A DNA stretch of 58,535 nt, the filler included, from Squatina squatina (taxonomy: Eukaryota), in NCBI GenBank assembly GCA_031763465.1. It is 4 parts of 4 records of this genome, joined end to end, with 100 filler letters (N's around TTAATTAATTAA, not from the genome) between each part and the next. Parts side by side here need not be neighbours in the genome. Positions count along the whole stretch, not along the records: positions 13,510 to 28,752 come from JARFOE010000100.1; positions 28,853 to 43,782 come from JARFOE010000013.1; 2 more parts are not named here. One strand, given 5' to 3'. Below are positions 25,781 through 36,602 of the stretch, piece after piece. Under the pieces are notes generated by a model. It had not been told where the DNA came from. It did no database searches and worked only from the letters and a program-made list of their open reading frames with translations. Both the position numbers and the translations under genes were made by a program. Position 1 is the stretch's first letter. Every line of letters begins with the position of its first letter.

Positions 25781-27084
25781 TGGTAAAAAGAGTCACTGAA
25801 AGGGAACATTCCCTAAATGGTCTTCAGCTGACTGTTAGCCGCTATTACCATGATCTGCAACAATCTTTGTATGGAGATAATGGTCCGAAAACCGAACAGC
25901 CTGAACAGTTCGACATTTGCATCAATCCCTCACTTCTAAGCTACATCCAGAAGACTCGACTCTGCAACCAAGAGTTAGAACAAATTGCAAATGATGTTTA
26001 TGGTAACATTACCTTTACAGACCCTCCAAATTCAAAGCAAATGATTCTAAAGCCTTCATTTGATTCAAATAAACTGTTGTACTATAAAATAGCTAAGCAC
26101 TGGAAGAAGCACGCAGAAGAGGCAATTTGGAAATTCATCGGGAAGTTTGACTTCAGAGACTTTCCAACAGATAAAGTCTTGTGGGAAAAAGTAAAGAACA
26201 AAAGCAGAGGACTAAAGGCACCTGGCCTTGATATCCTTTACCGTTCTACAGAAAACAAGATTGTTGTTGTTGGGGAACAAAGTAAAGTTTCAGACACTTC
26301 CAGAGAGCTACAGGGAATATGGGAAAAGGCAAAAAAAGAATTAGATGATGAGAGGAACACTGTCGAAGAGCAGATTCCATTGGAAAGTCTCGAGGAGTTA
26401 AAGTTTCTGAAAAGTCATGCCAAAGACATTGTTTCCTCAGTGGAAATATCCACCAACATCGATCCCCCAGTCTTAAAGCTGAAAGGATTGAAGGAGGAAG
26501 TTAGCCGAGCTCAAAAAGTCATCAGCCAGTTTCAGTCCCAGTTAGAAAGCAAGCCCCTCAATCTGTCTTCACACATGGAAGATTTTATAAAATCTCAAGA
26601 CCTCAAGAAACTTATGCAAGCTCACTTCATACAAAAGGACATCAAGGCCACACTGGTGCGTAAACAGTCTGTTGAACTCTTGGCTGTCAAGGCAGATGTG
26701 AAGAAAGTAGAAGATAAAATAAAGCAGTTGTTCCGGGAAGTAAGGATTGACTTCACTCCACAGCAAATCAAAGTCACTGAAGTTGACAAATGGAAAAGGT
26801 TCTTTGATGATTTGAAATCTGACGTCCAGTCAAGCAACGAGGGCTGCAGAATCACAGAGGAGAAAAACCCAGCTGCCATAATAATTGTTGGATTTTCACG
26901 CATTGTTGCAGATGTTGCAGAAATACTAACTAGTTATCTGGACAATAAGCAGGTGATCACACAGCTCATTACTACCACAGTGATGCAAGTAGACTACATG
27001 GAAAGTTCCTCGAATCTCACAGAACTGCCTGATCAATACCTCTCCATCAATGACTATAAAGGCCACAAGACAAGACTCTTTTGA
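25781..27084 (+). CDS. PARP14-like protein, large RRM-end/KH-repeat exon ending in a stop codon
   Basis: Acceptor atttttgcAG, in phase with the 22441-22677 exon, followed by a 1.3-kb intact frame. LTVSRYYHDLQQSLYG, KIVVVG, LKLKG, KWK, IIIVGF and VDYM parallel PARP14 LSVFPYYASLGTALYG...VILAG...LCLKG...KWK...VIITG...IDYL. TGA at 27082-27084. Confidence 0.88.
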
Positions 27085-27339
27085 AAACAACAATCCAATT
27101 AGATTTCATTTGCATAGGCCAGAAGGTAAAACCCGTTGCAATTCAGCGTAACCGTTAAGTGCTCGAAGATATATGCAAGCCTGGAACTTCCTGAAACAGT
27201 GCAATCAGCAAGTTAAGCCAAATTTTCCTGAGAATTCAAAACTGGCAAAATGCAGGAAATTCATCTTCCCTGGTTTTTTTGTGTGGTGGAGAAGGTTCGG
27301 TAATTGCAGACATACCTCAGGAGCGACGCAAATTATCAT

Positions 27340-27535
27340 GAAGATTTGGTCTCCTTGTTTGAAAAAAGGATATTCAGCTCTTGAAGGGTTGCAGAGAAAT
27401 GCTTCACAGTTCATTCCCGAAACGTTAAGGGAATTATATATATGAGGAAAAGGGTTAAAAATTATGAATGGTTTGGATAGATTGGATCCAAGTAAGCTTT
27501 TCTGCCATATACAGAATTTAAGCACAGGGGGCACC
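27340..27535 (+). mobile_element. CR1 LINE ORF2 fragment
   Basis: IWSPCLKKGYSALEGLQRNASQFIPETLREL corresponds to CR1 FWSPxLKKDIxALExVQRRFTRLIP. Confidence 0.75.
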
Positions 27536-27889
27536 CAATTGATTTATTTTACATTTGTGGCTATATGGGACCAATAAGAGTAAATTTAGTGCCCGTTTAG
27601 CACTGTCCCTTTAAGTCGGGGAATTTGAGTGATAGAAAAAAAGATTCTGACATTTTTAAAAAATCGTTATAATTTCAACATTAATCACTCACTCATGGAC
27701 ACTCATTCTCTTAGACACATTTCAGCGGGCCAATTGCACAAACCCTCTAATCGTCAGCAATCAACTCTCAGCCCAGCACAGCCCATAAAGGTGGCAGGTG
27801 TTTATTCCCAGACATTGCTTTGGTCAGTCGGAGAAGGGTGAGAATAATTTGCAACAACTGTTTCAGGAACTTTAATGTGGAAAGTGCAA

Positions 27890-28752
27890 ATGGTCAAAAT
27901 GCCTCGTGATAGGAGGTCACAAATTTTCGGAGCCAGCACTCGACACACTGGGGGCCTCGGTGTCCAGAAGGGCACAGACTCTCTTTAGCCATGGAGAAAG
28001 AAGAGGCAGCGCGAGCATGGAGAGGCACTCATGGAGGGAAGTAGCCTCAGAGGTTTCAGTCATAGATGTGGCTCCGAGGAGTGGGACTCAGTGCAGGAAA
28101 AAATGTAATGATCTGACTCGGATTGTAAGGGTGAGTTTGACCAATTAAACAATATCCAAGCAATTTTCAGAAGTATGATATGTGTACTCCCTTATTTAAA
28201 TCATTAGTAACTATTTGCTTGTAGTCAAAAGCTACATATTCGACTGCACTCTCAATGAGACGTCTGCTGCCAATGATATGAGGTGGGCAATTGATAGCGG
28301 ATGGTGGGAATTGATGAAATAATCCTTGTACATCCAGGCCAAGCACGCGTCCTTGATGGCTAATCAGGACAGGGCCGGTGGACCACTGGGGCCCATGGTG
28401 GAGTTAACCGAGCTGGAACAGAATGTGGCTCACATCATCAGCGAGGATATAGGAGAGCCTGTGGCTAGGGGGTTGTCGTCATGCCCCCTGAGGAGGAAGG
28501 TGAGTAAGACCCCTGTAATTTGGCGCTGTCTATTGTTATTTGCAATTTGTCGATCAAGAAGTTAGGTCGGCTGATCTGCAGTCTTCAACTCAGACCTGCC
28601 TACGGGCATAATCTTTATGTCCCTTGTATTCCATTGTGTCTTGCAGAAATGGTCGCCTCTCCCGAAGTCGCTGGGCCTTGTAATGTGGGGACGCAATCAC
28701 CTGAACTCTCAATACTGCCCCCCTCTCCTTTGAGACGCCTGTGAAGCCTGAT
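27890..28752 (+). mobile_element. Harbinger Myb/SANT-like DNA-binding ORF remnant with introns
   Basis: Exon to 28130 (KFSEPALDTL...WREVASEV...RSGTQCRKKCNDL, donor GTGAGT), exon 28338-28499 (AKHA...RAGG...LTELEQ, donor GTGAGT), and a third acceptor before 28647. The ATG at 27890 is out of frame, so it is probably decayed. Confidence 0.8.
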
Positions 28753-28852
28753 NNNNNNNNNNNNNNNNNNNNNNNNNNNNNNNNNNNNNNNNNNNNTTAA
28801 TTAATTAANNNNNNNNNNNNNNNNNNNNNNNNNNNNNNNNNNNNNNNNNNNN
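28753..28852. other. Artificial scaffold-joining linker
   Basis: 44 N + TTAATTAATTAA + 44 N. Confidence 0.97.
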
Positions 28853-29288
28853 GAACTCAAACAGACTGAAGGTATAGTGGGAATCCTACATTATTTGCAG
28901 TATTAGTACTGTAACCGGCATTATCATTAATCTCCAGCACTTTGCTAGGGCAGAGAGCTAAAAGTCACAGATGTAAGGGTAAGGTTCGCTTACTGAAATT
29001 GTCATCAAACGCACTGAACAAGAATATGGTGCAAAACAACCCAAAACTGTAATGCATGCACAAAAGCAAGCATTACATGGAAGTGAAAAAGAAAGGCAGT
29101 GATGCATAGTGGATGTGAAGCTCAAAAAGAGCTCCATGATTTGCTGAGTGTGAAATGTGGCTGTGGGCACCTGTTTTTCATTTGTCTCTAATTCTAATTG
29201 ACTCCAAGTCAAGATAAGGCACAAGCACAAGGGGAGAACTGCAGGGCTCACTTGGAGTAATCAGAAACATACAGCAGAAATGACATAC

Positions 29289-29415
29289 CTGTCTGTTGTG
29301 TGGTCTGTGGTATCTGCTGACTTCGCTGTGCATTGTATTGAACAGAAGCAACAGGCCTGAACTGTTGGGCTGCTGAGGTAGGGTACTGGCCAGATGGATA
29401 GTAATACACTGGCAT
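29289..29415 (-). CDS. ARPP21: ARPP21 (long R3H/SUZ isoform) C-terminal-region exon (127 bp)
   Basis: Acceptor ctctttcAG and donor GTATGT. Translates MPVYYYPSGQYPTSAAQQFRPVASVQYNAQRSQQIPQTTQQT(G), compared with human MPVYYYPSGQYPTSTTQQYRPMAPVQYNAQRSQQ. Confidence 0.95.
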
Positions 29416-30999
29416 CTGAAAGAGATTCACAGAAAATATCTTAAGTTTCAATCCTTGACAGTGCATAAATAATTACGTGGTAAAATATTCAAAAACATAA
29501 GTGCGATTCTAACTAATTTCATTAATCTACGATACTTAATAAAACAAACAANNNNNNNNNNNNNNNNNNNNNNNNNNNNNNNNNNNNNNNNNNNNNNNNN
29601 NNNNNNNNNNNNNNNNNNNNNNNNNNNNNNNNNNNNNNNNNNNNNNNNNNNNNNNNNNNNNNNNNNNNNNNNNNNNNNNNNNNNNNNNNNNNNNNNNNNN
29701 NNNNNNNNNNNNNNNNNNNNNNNNNNNNNNNNNNNNNNNNNNNNNNNNNNNNNNNNNNCCCCAACACAATTAGTTCAAGCTCCAGGGAGGCACAGGCAGC
29801 TAGTAGCATGATAGTAGAATATACAATGTATATTGCATATATACAAAATAACAGTTAGATGCTTCTAGACTAATAACACTGTACATGGTGGATTATTTAT
29901 TTTATTGTTATTTAATGACCTGGGAAAGCAGCTTGTTCCAATAGGTTCCATACAGGTCAAACAGAAAGATACATACGTTGGGAAATGAATGTAGATCACA
30001 GGAAATAATCTTTTTTGTCTCGCAATTCCATAATCCATTTAGGCCAAATGTAGAAAAGAGACAGATGTGCAGATATTAGTTTTACAGTCATTTTTGTCAA
30101 AGGGAGCAATTTGCTGGTTCATGAAATTTGAAGTTTACAAAAGTTCCACTCAGCCCAAGTTGTAACTAATTGCTATGGGGAAACAAAACAATTATTCACA
30201 CAGTAGGTTATGTCTTTAAAAACTTGCCGATAAGCATTTGCATTAAAGTTCATGGCTCTGAGCGCATATGTTAAATGGATAAATGTGCAAGGAAATAACT
30301 TTCTGCATCACTTCTCGATACTGGCCCAATTTAATATTCAGCTTTTAGCCTAGTGAGATGTCTTATTCCAAGGAGAGTATTAGTAAGGTGTTGCGAAATG
30401 CAATCAGTCTTTATAAAGACAGAAAATCACTGACCCTGCATGTTCAAGTCAATTAAGTATGATTAATGGAAGCTTGTAATCTCCATGTGGGCCTTACCTA
30501 GATATAACAAAAGGAATTGCAATCAAAGTTGCTTGCTTAATAAAATTCATTCAACAAAATGAATGTTAACCATTNNNNNNNNNNNNNNNNNNNNNNNNNN
30601 NNNNNNNNNNNNNNNNNNNNNNNNNNNNNNNNNNNNNNNNNNNNNNNNNNNNNNNNNNNNNNNNNNNNNNNNNNACACATGTATTGCCAAGGTGCCTGTG
30701 CTGAGATCACAAGATGTGGTCCAGTGGTAGTGCCAGAAGAACATCTACAGGTAAAGTTTCTACCGTAATGGACATTAAAGTGACTTCAGTGGTATACAAA
30801 AAGTGTTTTTATTAAAATATGTCCTGTTTAGTAAGTGATAAGGTTTTGTAGTTTTGAGAGTATATTAAACTTATTTTCAAACTAGTTAATCTCCTGTGGT
30901 GTTGTATATAGAGAATTAAAATGGAGTTAAAGGCCAGGATAATTGGATCAGGACTGAAGCAACATTGGGGGCTAGAAGAGGTTAAGTTGCAGTGAGAGC

Positions 31000-31790
31000 A
31001 GTGTCATGGGAGAGGTAGGGTACAGCAGCAAGAAGATAATAGCACAATGAGATTTTGTGGGGGCAAGCAGCAAAACAGATCAGGGTTAGAGGGTGGCAGT
31101 GTGGGCAAGAGGGAGGAAGAAAAGGAAAGACGATGGGTTGGAGAAGGGTGGAGGATATGGAGAGGAGAAAGAGGACTGAGGGAGATGGACGAGGGTGTGA
31201 GAAAGATGGAGAGGTGAATTCCGGAAGGACCGGTAGGGGTGAGAGTGATTGAGGAGGAGGCAGTTGGATGATTGGGACAGTTTTCCATAGCCCAGATGCT
31301 CTGTGGGGGGGTGGTCAATGGAACAGATAATTTCCCAGCTCTGTGGGTGAGGGACGGGTCAGTTTTCACCTCAGTGGAGGTGGCAGGGGGTTGGGGGGGG
31401 GGGTTAAAGCCTCTAATACTGCTCTTTGAGCAAAGGGGTTCTGGAGTATGAACACCATGCAGAAAAGTGATTCATTGGGTCGAGATTTTGTGGAGACAAG
31501 CAGCAAAGTAGAGCAGGGTTAGAGCTGGGGGAGAAGCTAAAGCAGGATTACAAGCTCCAGGTGTGGGAGTGAAGGTACAGAAGTATTTGAAGCTAGTCGA
31601 TGAGAAAGGTAACGCATAGTAAGAGGCTAGAGGACAGAAAGGGGCCTGGTGGAAGAGCATGGAAGTGTGCTGGAAGATGTTGGAGCAACGCTGGTGCCCA
31701 GAGAAAGCTGTTGCACTGGTACAGTCACTGAGACCAGAATGCTGTCTGGATAAAGTGGAGTAGCTGAGAGTGAGGAGGGGTGCTAGTTGG
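31000..31790 (-). mobile_element. Degenerate LINE-derived segment (purine-rich on +)
   Basis: Strong G/A skew on + with gagaaagctgttgcac...gaccagaatgctgtctgg, resembling an L2-type endonuclease-linker region. No intact motif. Confidence 0.45.
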
Positions 31791-32375
31791 AGGAGAGGAG
31801 AATTGTAGGGAGGCTAAATATTCACAATAGGTTTTAATTTCCTTTTATATTTTTCAGCCCTTTCCTAAGCAGCACATTACCCCCTACCTGTCAGCACTTG
31901 AATCCACCCTTGGTTAAAAATTATGAATTTCACAAATTAACAAAAACATGGGCATGAAAGTCATCAGTGACTCCTGATACTATAATAAGGTGTTGAGACA
32001 ATCACCCAGCTGCAGTTATTTTGAGTATAGTAAAGGTGTGCATTACGGAGACAGTGAGGTAGCGGTGTGAGTACAAAACTTGTACTATACCATATATGCT
32101 ACATCAATTAATCAAATGGGAACATTGTGTTTGGCAGAAGACACAAAATTTCAACTGAATATACTGTTTAATATCTTCACATTACAAAGGGCATGCTCCC
32201 ATATCTGATTTACTTCGTTTTAGCTTTCCCTCATAGTGTTTTCTTCATTATTTTAGAAAATGATATAGATAGTGTTAACCACTATGTCTACGCATGCTTA
32301 CTGATTGCATTTGAGATTCAGCGCACCCTTCCCATTATTTAACTAGGTTATTCTAACCCCGTTTCATTTGCATAC

Positions 32376-32624
32376 CTGCGCAGGTGGCTGTTGTACATAT
32401 CCTTGTGGCGGCTGTAGCACTTGTTGAGGCATGGGCTGTCCAGATCCAGTAAAACTTCCCGGGGGCAGCTGTTGACTTGGTGATGCCATGACGTAGCTAG
32501 TTTGTTGGGGTGGCTGAGGCAAGATGGGTGATGGATAGACAGAACCAGAAGGTTGCTCAGGGGCATCTCCTGATGACTGTCGACTTAAGCTCATCTGGTT
32601 AAACTGGGAAGCCAAGTCTTCTCG
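32376..32624 (-). CDS. ARPP21: ARPP21 P/Q/S-rich exon (249 bp)
   Basis: Acceptor tctgcatcacAG and donor GTATGC. Translates REDLASQFNQMSLSRQSSGDAPEQPSGSVYPS...QGYVQQPPAQ. Phase 0 joins 29289-29415. Confidence 0.95.
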
Positions 32625-33116
32625 CTGTGATGCAGACAACAAAAAATAATCAATACCGGTTGCTTAATAATACATCTGAGTGTAATAATGAAAGAAAATC
32701 CTTCAATGATAAAATGTATTACATGCAACATACGCATCACCACAGAGAAACCACAAGACAGAACACACATTCACGGTAAATCATGCTGCGTTTAGCTCCA
32801 TGTCAAGGTTATTAACCACTATAAAATTGTAACAATGAAAAAAGTTTTGAATTTAGTAACTAATCTTCCAAGCCTAATTGTGACCTGACCTGATGTCTAT
32901 ACACACATACAAAACAGACACTATTCCATTAGGGGGTCAATGGATAGGTGATCAGAGGAGGGAACCATGACTGATTTGCTCTTCTTTAACCCAGGGGCAC
33001 TAGGGCTAATTGTAATGCCCCTACCACTGTCTCAGCTGTGATCAGCACAGACCACAGATCAAATTGTGGACCTTTTAACTCTGTATGGATGGTCTACTCA
33101 CTGAGCAAACACATAT

Positions 33117-33301
33117 GGGCAGATCTTGACTTTGTGTAATAGTGTAAAGCAGGTAATAGCAGGTCGGCAGCCCATTTTACAACTCCCCGATTTTTATTTG
33201 CATTCAAGCCAGTGGAAGTACAAATTGGGAAGAGATGTAAAATAGGCTTCTAACTCACTATCGCCTGTTTTACACTATTGCACAAAGTCAAATTCTACCC
33301 C
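33117..33301. mobile_element. Palindromic MITE (foldback, about 185 bp)
   Basis: Left arm gggcagatcttgactttgtgtaatagtgtaaagcaggtaatag versus the reverse complement of the right arm ggggtagaatttgactttgtgcaatagtgtaaaacaggcgatag. Confidence 0.85.
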
Positions 33302-33879
33302 ATAGGGTCAAGTGGGGTGCATAAGTCTAATCTTCAAACTTGCTGTCAAGTCTATTTCATTGAACTCAAATTTTTCAGTTGGAAGGCATAAAAGGAAAAT
33401 GAGTTGGGTTTTCCATACATACTTAGTGGCTAGAGTAGTATATAAAACTTGTATTGTTCAAAAAAATATTAAACTGCCACAAATTTCCATTTTCTGCCAT
33501 CACAACATTATAAAGTGCAACAATACGGTGAAACTAACCATGCACTGAATGTGAAAAATAGATCCATAATTTTACTGACATGGAATCTTTGCAAGTGAAA
33601 AGTGCCAAATTGTTATATTTGACTACTGTAACTATCACTTTCCTGCTTTAACCTCGACACAGAGTCAAACAAGTTTCTCACACACAGTGTATAAATATTT
33701 CAGCAAGTAATACAGATTTACCCTCAGCCATGAACTGCCAACTACAGTTAATGCAGTGAACAATCACCACTGAAAGTGAAGCAAAGCACACAAAAACATA
33801 CTGCAGTTACATTTATACACACATTGCAATTGTTAGAATTACTGTGCAAAAGGGATAAAATAAAACTATGATTAAGTAC

Positions 33880-33984
33880 CACAGGAAACTGCTGCGTTGG
33901 TGAAACTGACAGTAGATGCTGGGGAGGATAGGAAACTGCTGGATACTGGACAGACTGGGAAGAAGGCTGCATAGCCTGCACAGG
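33880..33984 (-). CDS. ARPP21: ARPP21 exon (105 bp)
   Basis: Acceptor ttctcttctcAG and donor GTACTT. Translates PVQAMQPSSQSVQYPAVSYPPQHLLSVSPTQQFPV. Confidence 0.92.
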
Positions 33985-34425
33985 CTGAGAAGAGAATTAA
34001 TCACCAAAGTCAGATATAGAAGATATAATTCATAGATATATAAAGGATAGAAATTTGGCAAGCAAGGGAATCAAAGGAACCAAGAAATCACAAACGCAAG
34101 TATTAAGATATTAAGTGATAGCTCATTGTGATTATTAGCTTCCATTATTATACATGCCACATACTTCAACAATGATACAAGTCATCAAACAGTCTGGTTA
34201 CTATTTAATGACAGAGCAAAATTCTGTAGTTTGATTTAGAGCAAGAAAGCCTAAAGAGATTAAAGAAGAAAAGAACAAAAAAAAGCCGGATTCAAAATAC
34301 GTAATTTTATTTGAACGTGGCTTGGATGGAATAGTGTAGTAAACAAAATATGCCCTGAATTATCACAGACAGCCAAACAAATTTGATTTTGGTGTGCACT
34401 AGTTTGTTTGAAAACACGATTTTCA

Positions 34426-34728
<303 letters not shown>

Positions 34729-36451
34729 TCAATAAGTCCAACACAAAGAATCGGTATAACTTAAACATTTTCTTTGAAAGTACACACAATAAAATGTACC
34801 AAAATTCATACTGTATAGATCTATCATTACACATACTTTACAACAAAAATGACATACTTCTCTGCTTAAACATATGCAAATTTGGAGACGAATGATGAAA
34901 ATCAGAATTAAGCTTCTAACAGAAGACCACATGACAAAATTTCACACATTTCAATTCAATTATAAAATGGTGACCAAATAATGAACTCTAGGGTAAGTCC
35001 AGTTCGCCTGAGCTCCCAACGGGCAGCTACAACAGATGGGAGTGCAAGATACAGAATCAACGCTAGCATTTTAAGGTCTGTTTTTGACCTTCGAGTGCAG
35101 CTCTTCACTGTAAATTTACACTCCTGTACGGAGACAAAATATGATGCACCATCATATTCATATCTTAAACTTTCAGCCATTATGCTTCAATGTTGCCACA
35201 ACTGTCTATGTCACTCCATATTACTTGATAGAAGAAGCATTGTTTTATGTGGTGCAACAAATCCGACAACTTTTCCTTCCCTCCCATACTTAATCACCGC
35301 AAGAAGCTCAATCCAACAGCCCAGCGGAGAAACAGCAAAACTCTTGCATGGAAGGTGGCTACTGCTATTATTAAAACATATTATGAGAGATGCGATAAGA
35401 TTCAATCTAGCTTATAAAGACATTTTCAAAGAACAAAATTTAATTTTGAGCAGTTGTAAATCTCAAATACAACTGTGATTCCAGAAAATTAATCCCAGAA
35501 AGGTACATGGGAGATTCAAATAATTTTTGGTCATCAGTTTTTTTCATTGCGGAAAGAAAAATAGTTATCAGCATTCTTGCTGCAATGCACATATATACAT
35601 ATTACAAAAATCAATGTATCACACTAATAACTCATTTTATTTTCTTGTCTGCAGCTTTTCTTCTTCTCTGGTCTCCCTAGGCCGGAGAGTCTGATCTTTT
35701 GTCTTCATGGACCANNNNNNNNNNNNNNNNNNNNNNNNNNNNNNNNNNNNNNNNNNNNNNNNNNNNNNNNNNNNNNNNNNNNNNNNNNNNNNNNNNNNNN
35801 NNNNNNNNNNNNNNCATGTTTATTACTTGAAGTCCAGTTTGATGAAGAATTTGGCATTCTCTAATAGTCAAGCTTTCAATGATTCAATGCAATTTATGGA
35901 AAAATTAATCCATTAAAGTGCTTCCTTTTACCTTTCTAATTCACACAAATAAAGTGGCTTGAAATGTGAAAATGTAGAATTGCATCACATTTTAGGATTG
36001 TGAACATGACTAATATACTGCTGTAAATTAATAGAATAGGCTACTCCAACAAGACATGACAATAGTTCTTGTAAAGTAAATCCTTGATTTTGTATTACAA
36101 TATGTGAATTGTTTTGTGTGGGTTATATAATGTTCATTACATGTTCCCAGGAACTATTGCTGAGGACCTCCAACAAAAGCATTTTGCCTATAAGAATGAT
36201 TTTTATAATTCAACATTTTTGGATAATGCAAACGTTATATGAATTAAAGTCAAATAAAGTGCATCAAACCTCACATTGCCTTAAAATCAGCTTTTATAGG
36301 CTATCACAACTGATATAATGTCAACCTAAACCATCCCTTGGATATAACCATTTTAAGTTATTTTGCTGATCACAGATTGCCAGGTTGGTAGAACTGCTGC
36401 ACCTACTACTTTTCTTTGAGTAATGAAAGGGGGTTGATTACAAAGGCATAC

Positions 36452-36602
36452 CTTTTGACAACATTCTTATTTTAGGTTTTTCACTAGTTTTCTCTTTCTC
36501 TCTGTTTTTATCCTTGTCCTTTTCTTTCTCCAATTCCTCTTTATTAGTTTTATCATCATCTTGAAAGCTTGGAGAACTGGTGAGCTGCAGCTGAATTGAA
36601 TC
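36452..36602 (-). CDS. ARPP21: ARPP21 N-terminal charged exon (151 bp)
   Basis: Acceptor ttttgtgttgcAG and donor GTATGC. Translates DSIQLQLTSSPSFQDDDKTNKEELEKEKDKDKNREKEKTSEKPKIRMLSK, matching human KTSEKPKIRMLSK. Not in the ORF track. Confidence 0.95.

Noticed and set aside
28853-29288. miR-128-2, expected in the ARPP21 intron downstream of the MPVYYY exon
   Set aside because: No TCACAGTGAACCGGTCTC match found on either strand in the available sequence of about 435 bp. It may lie beyond the scaffold end, so absence cannot be concluded.
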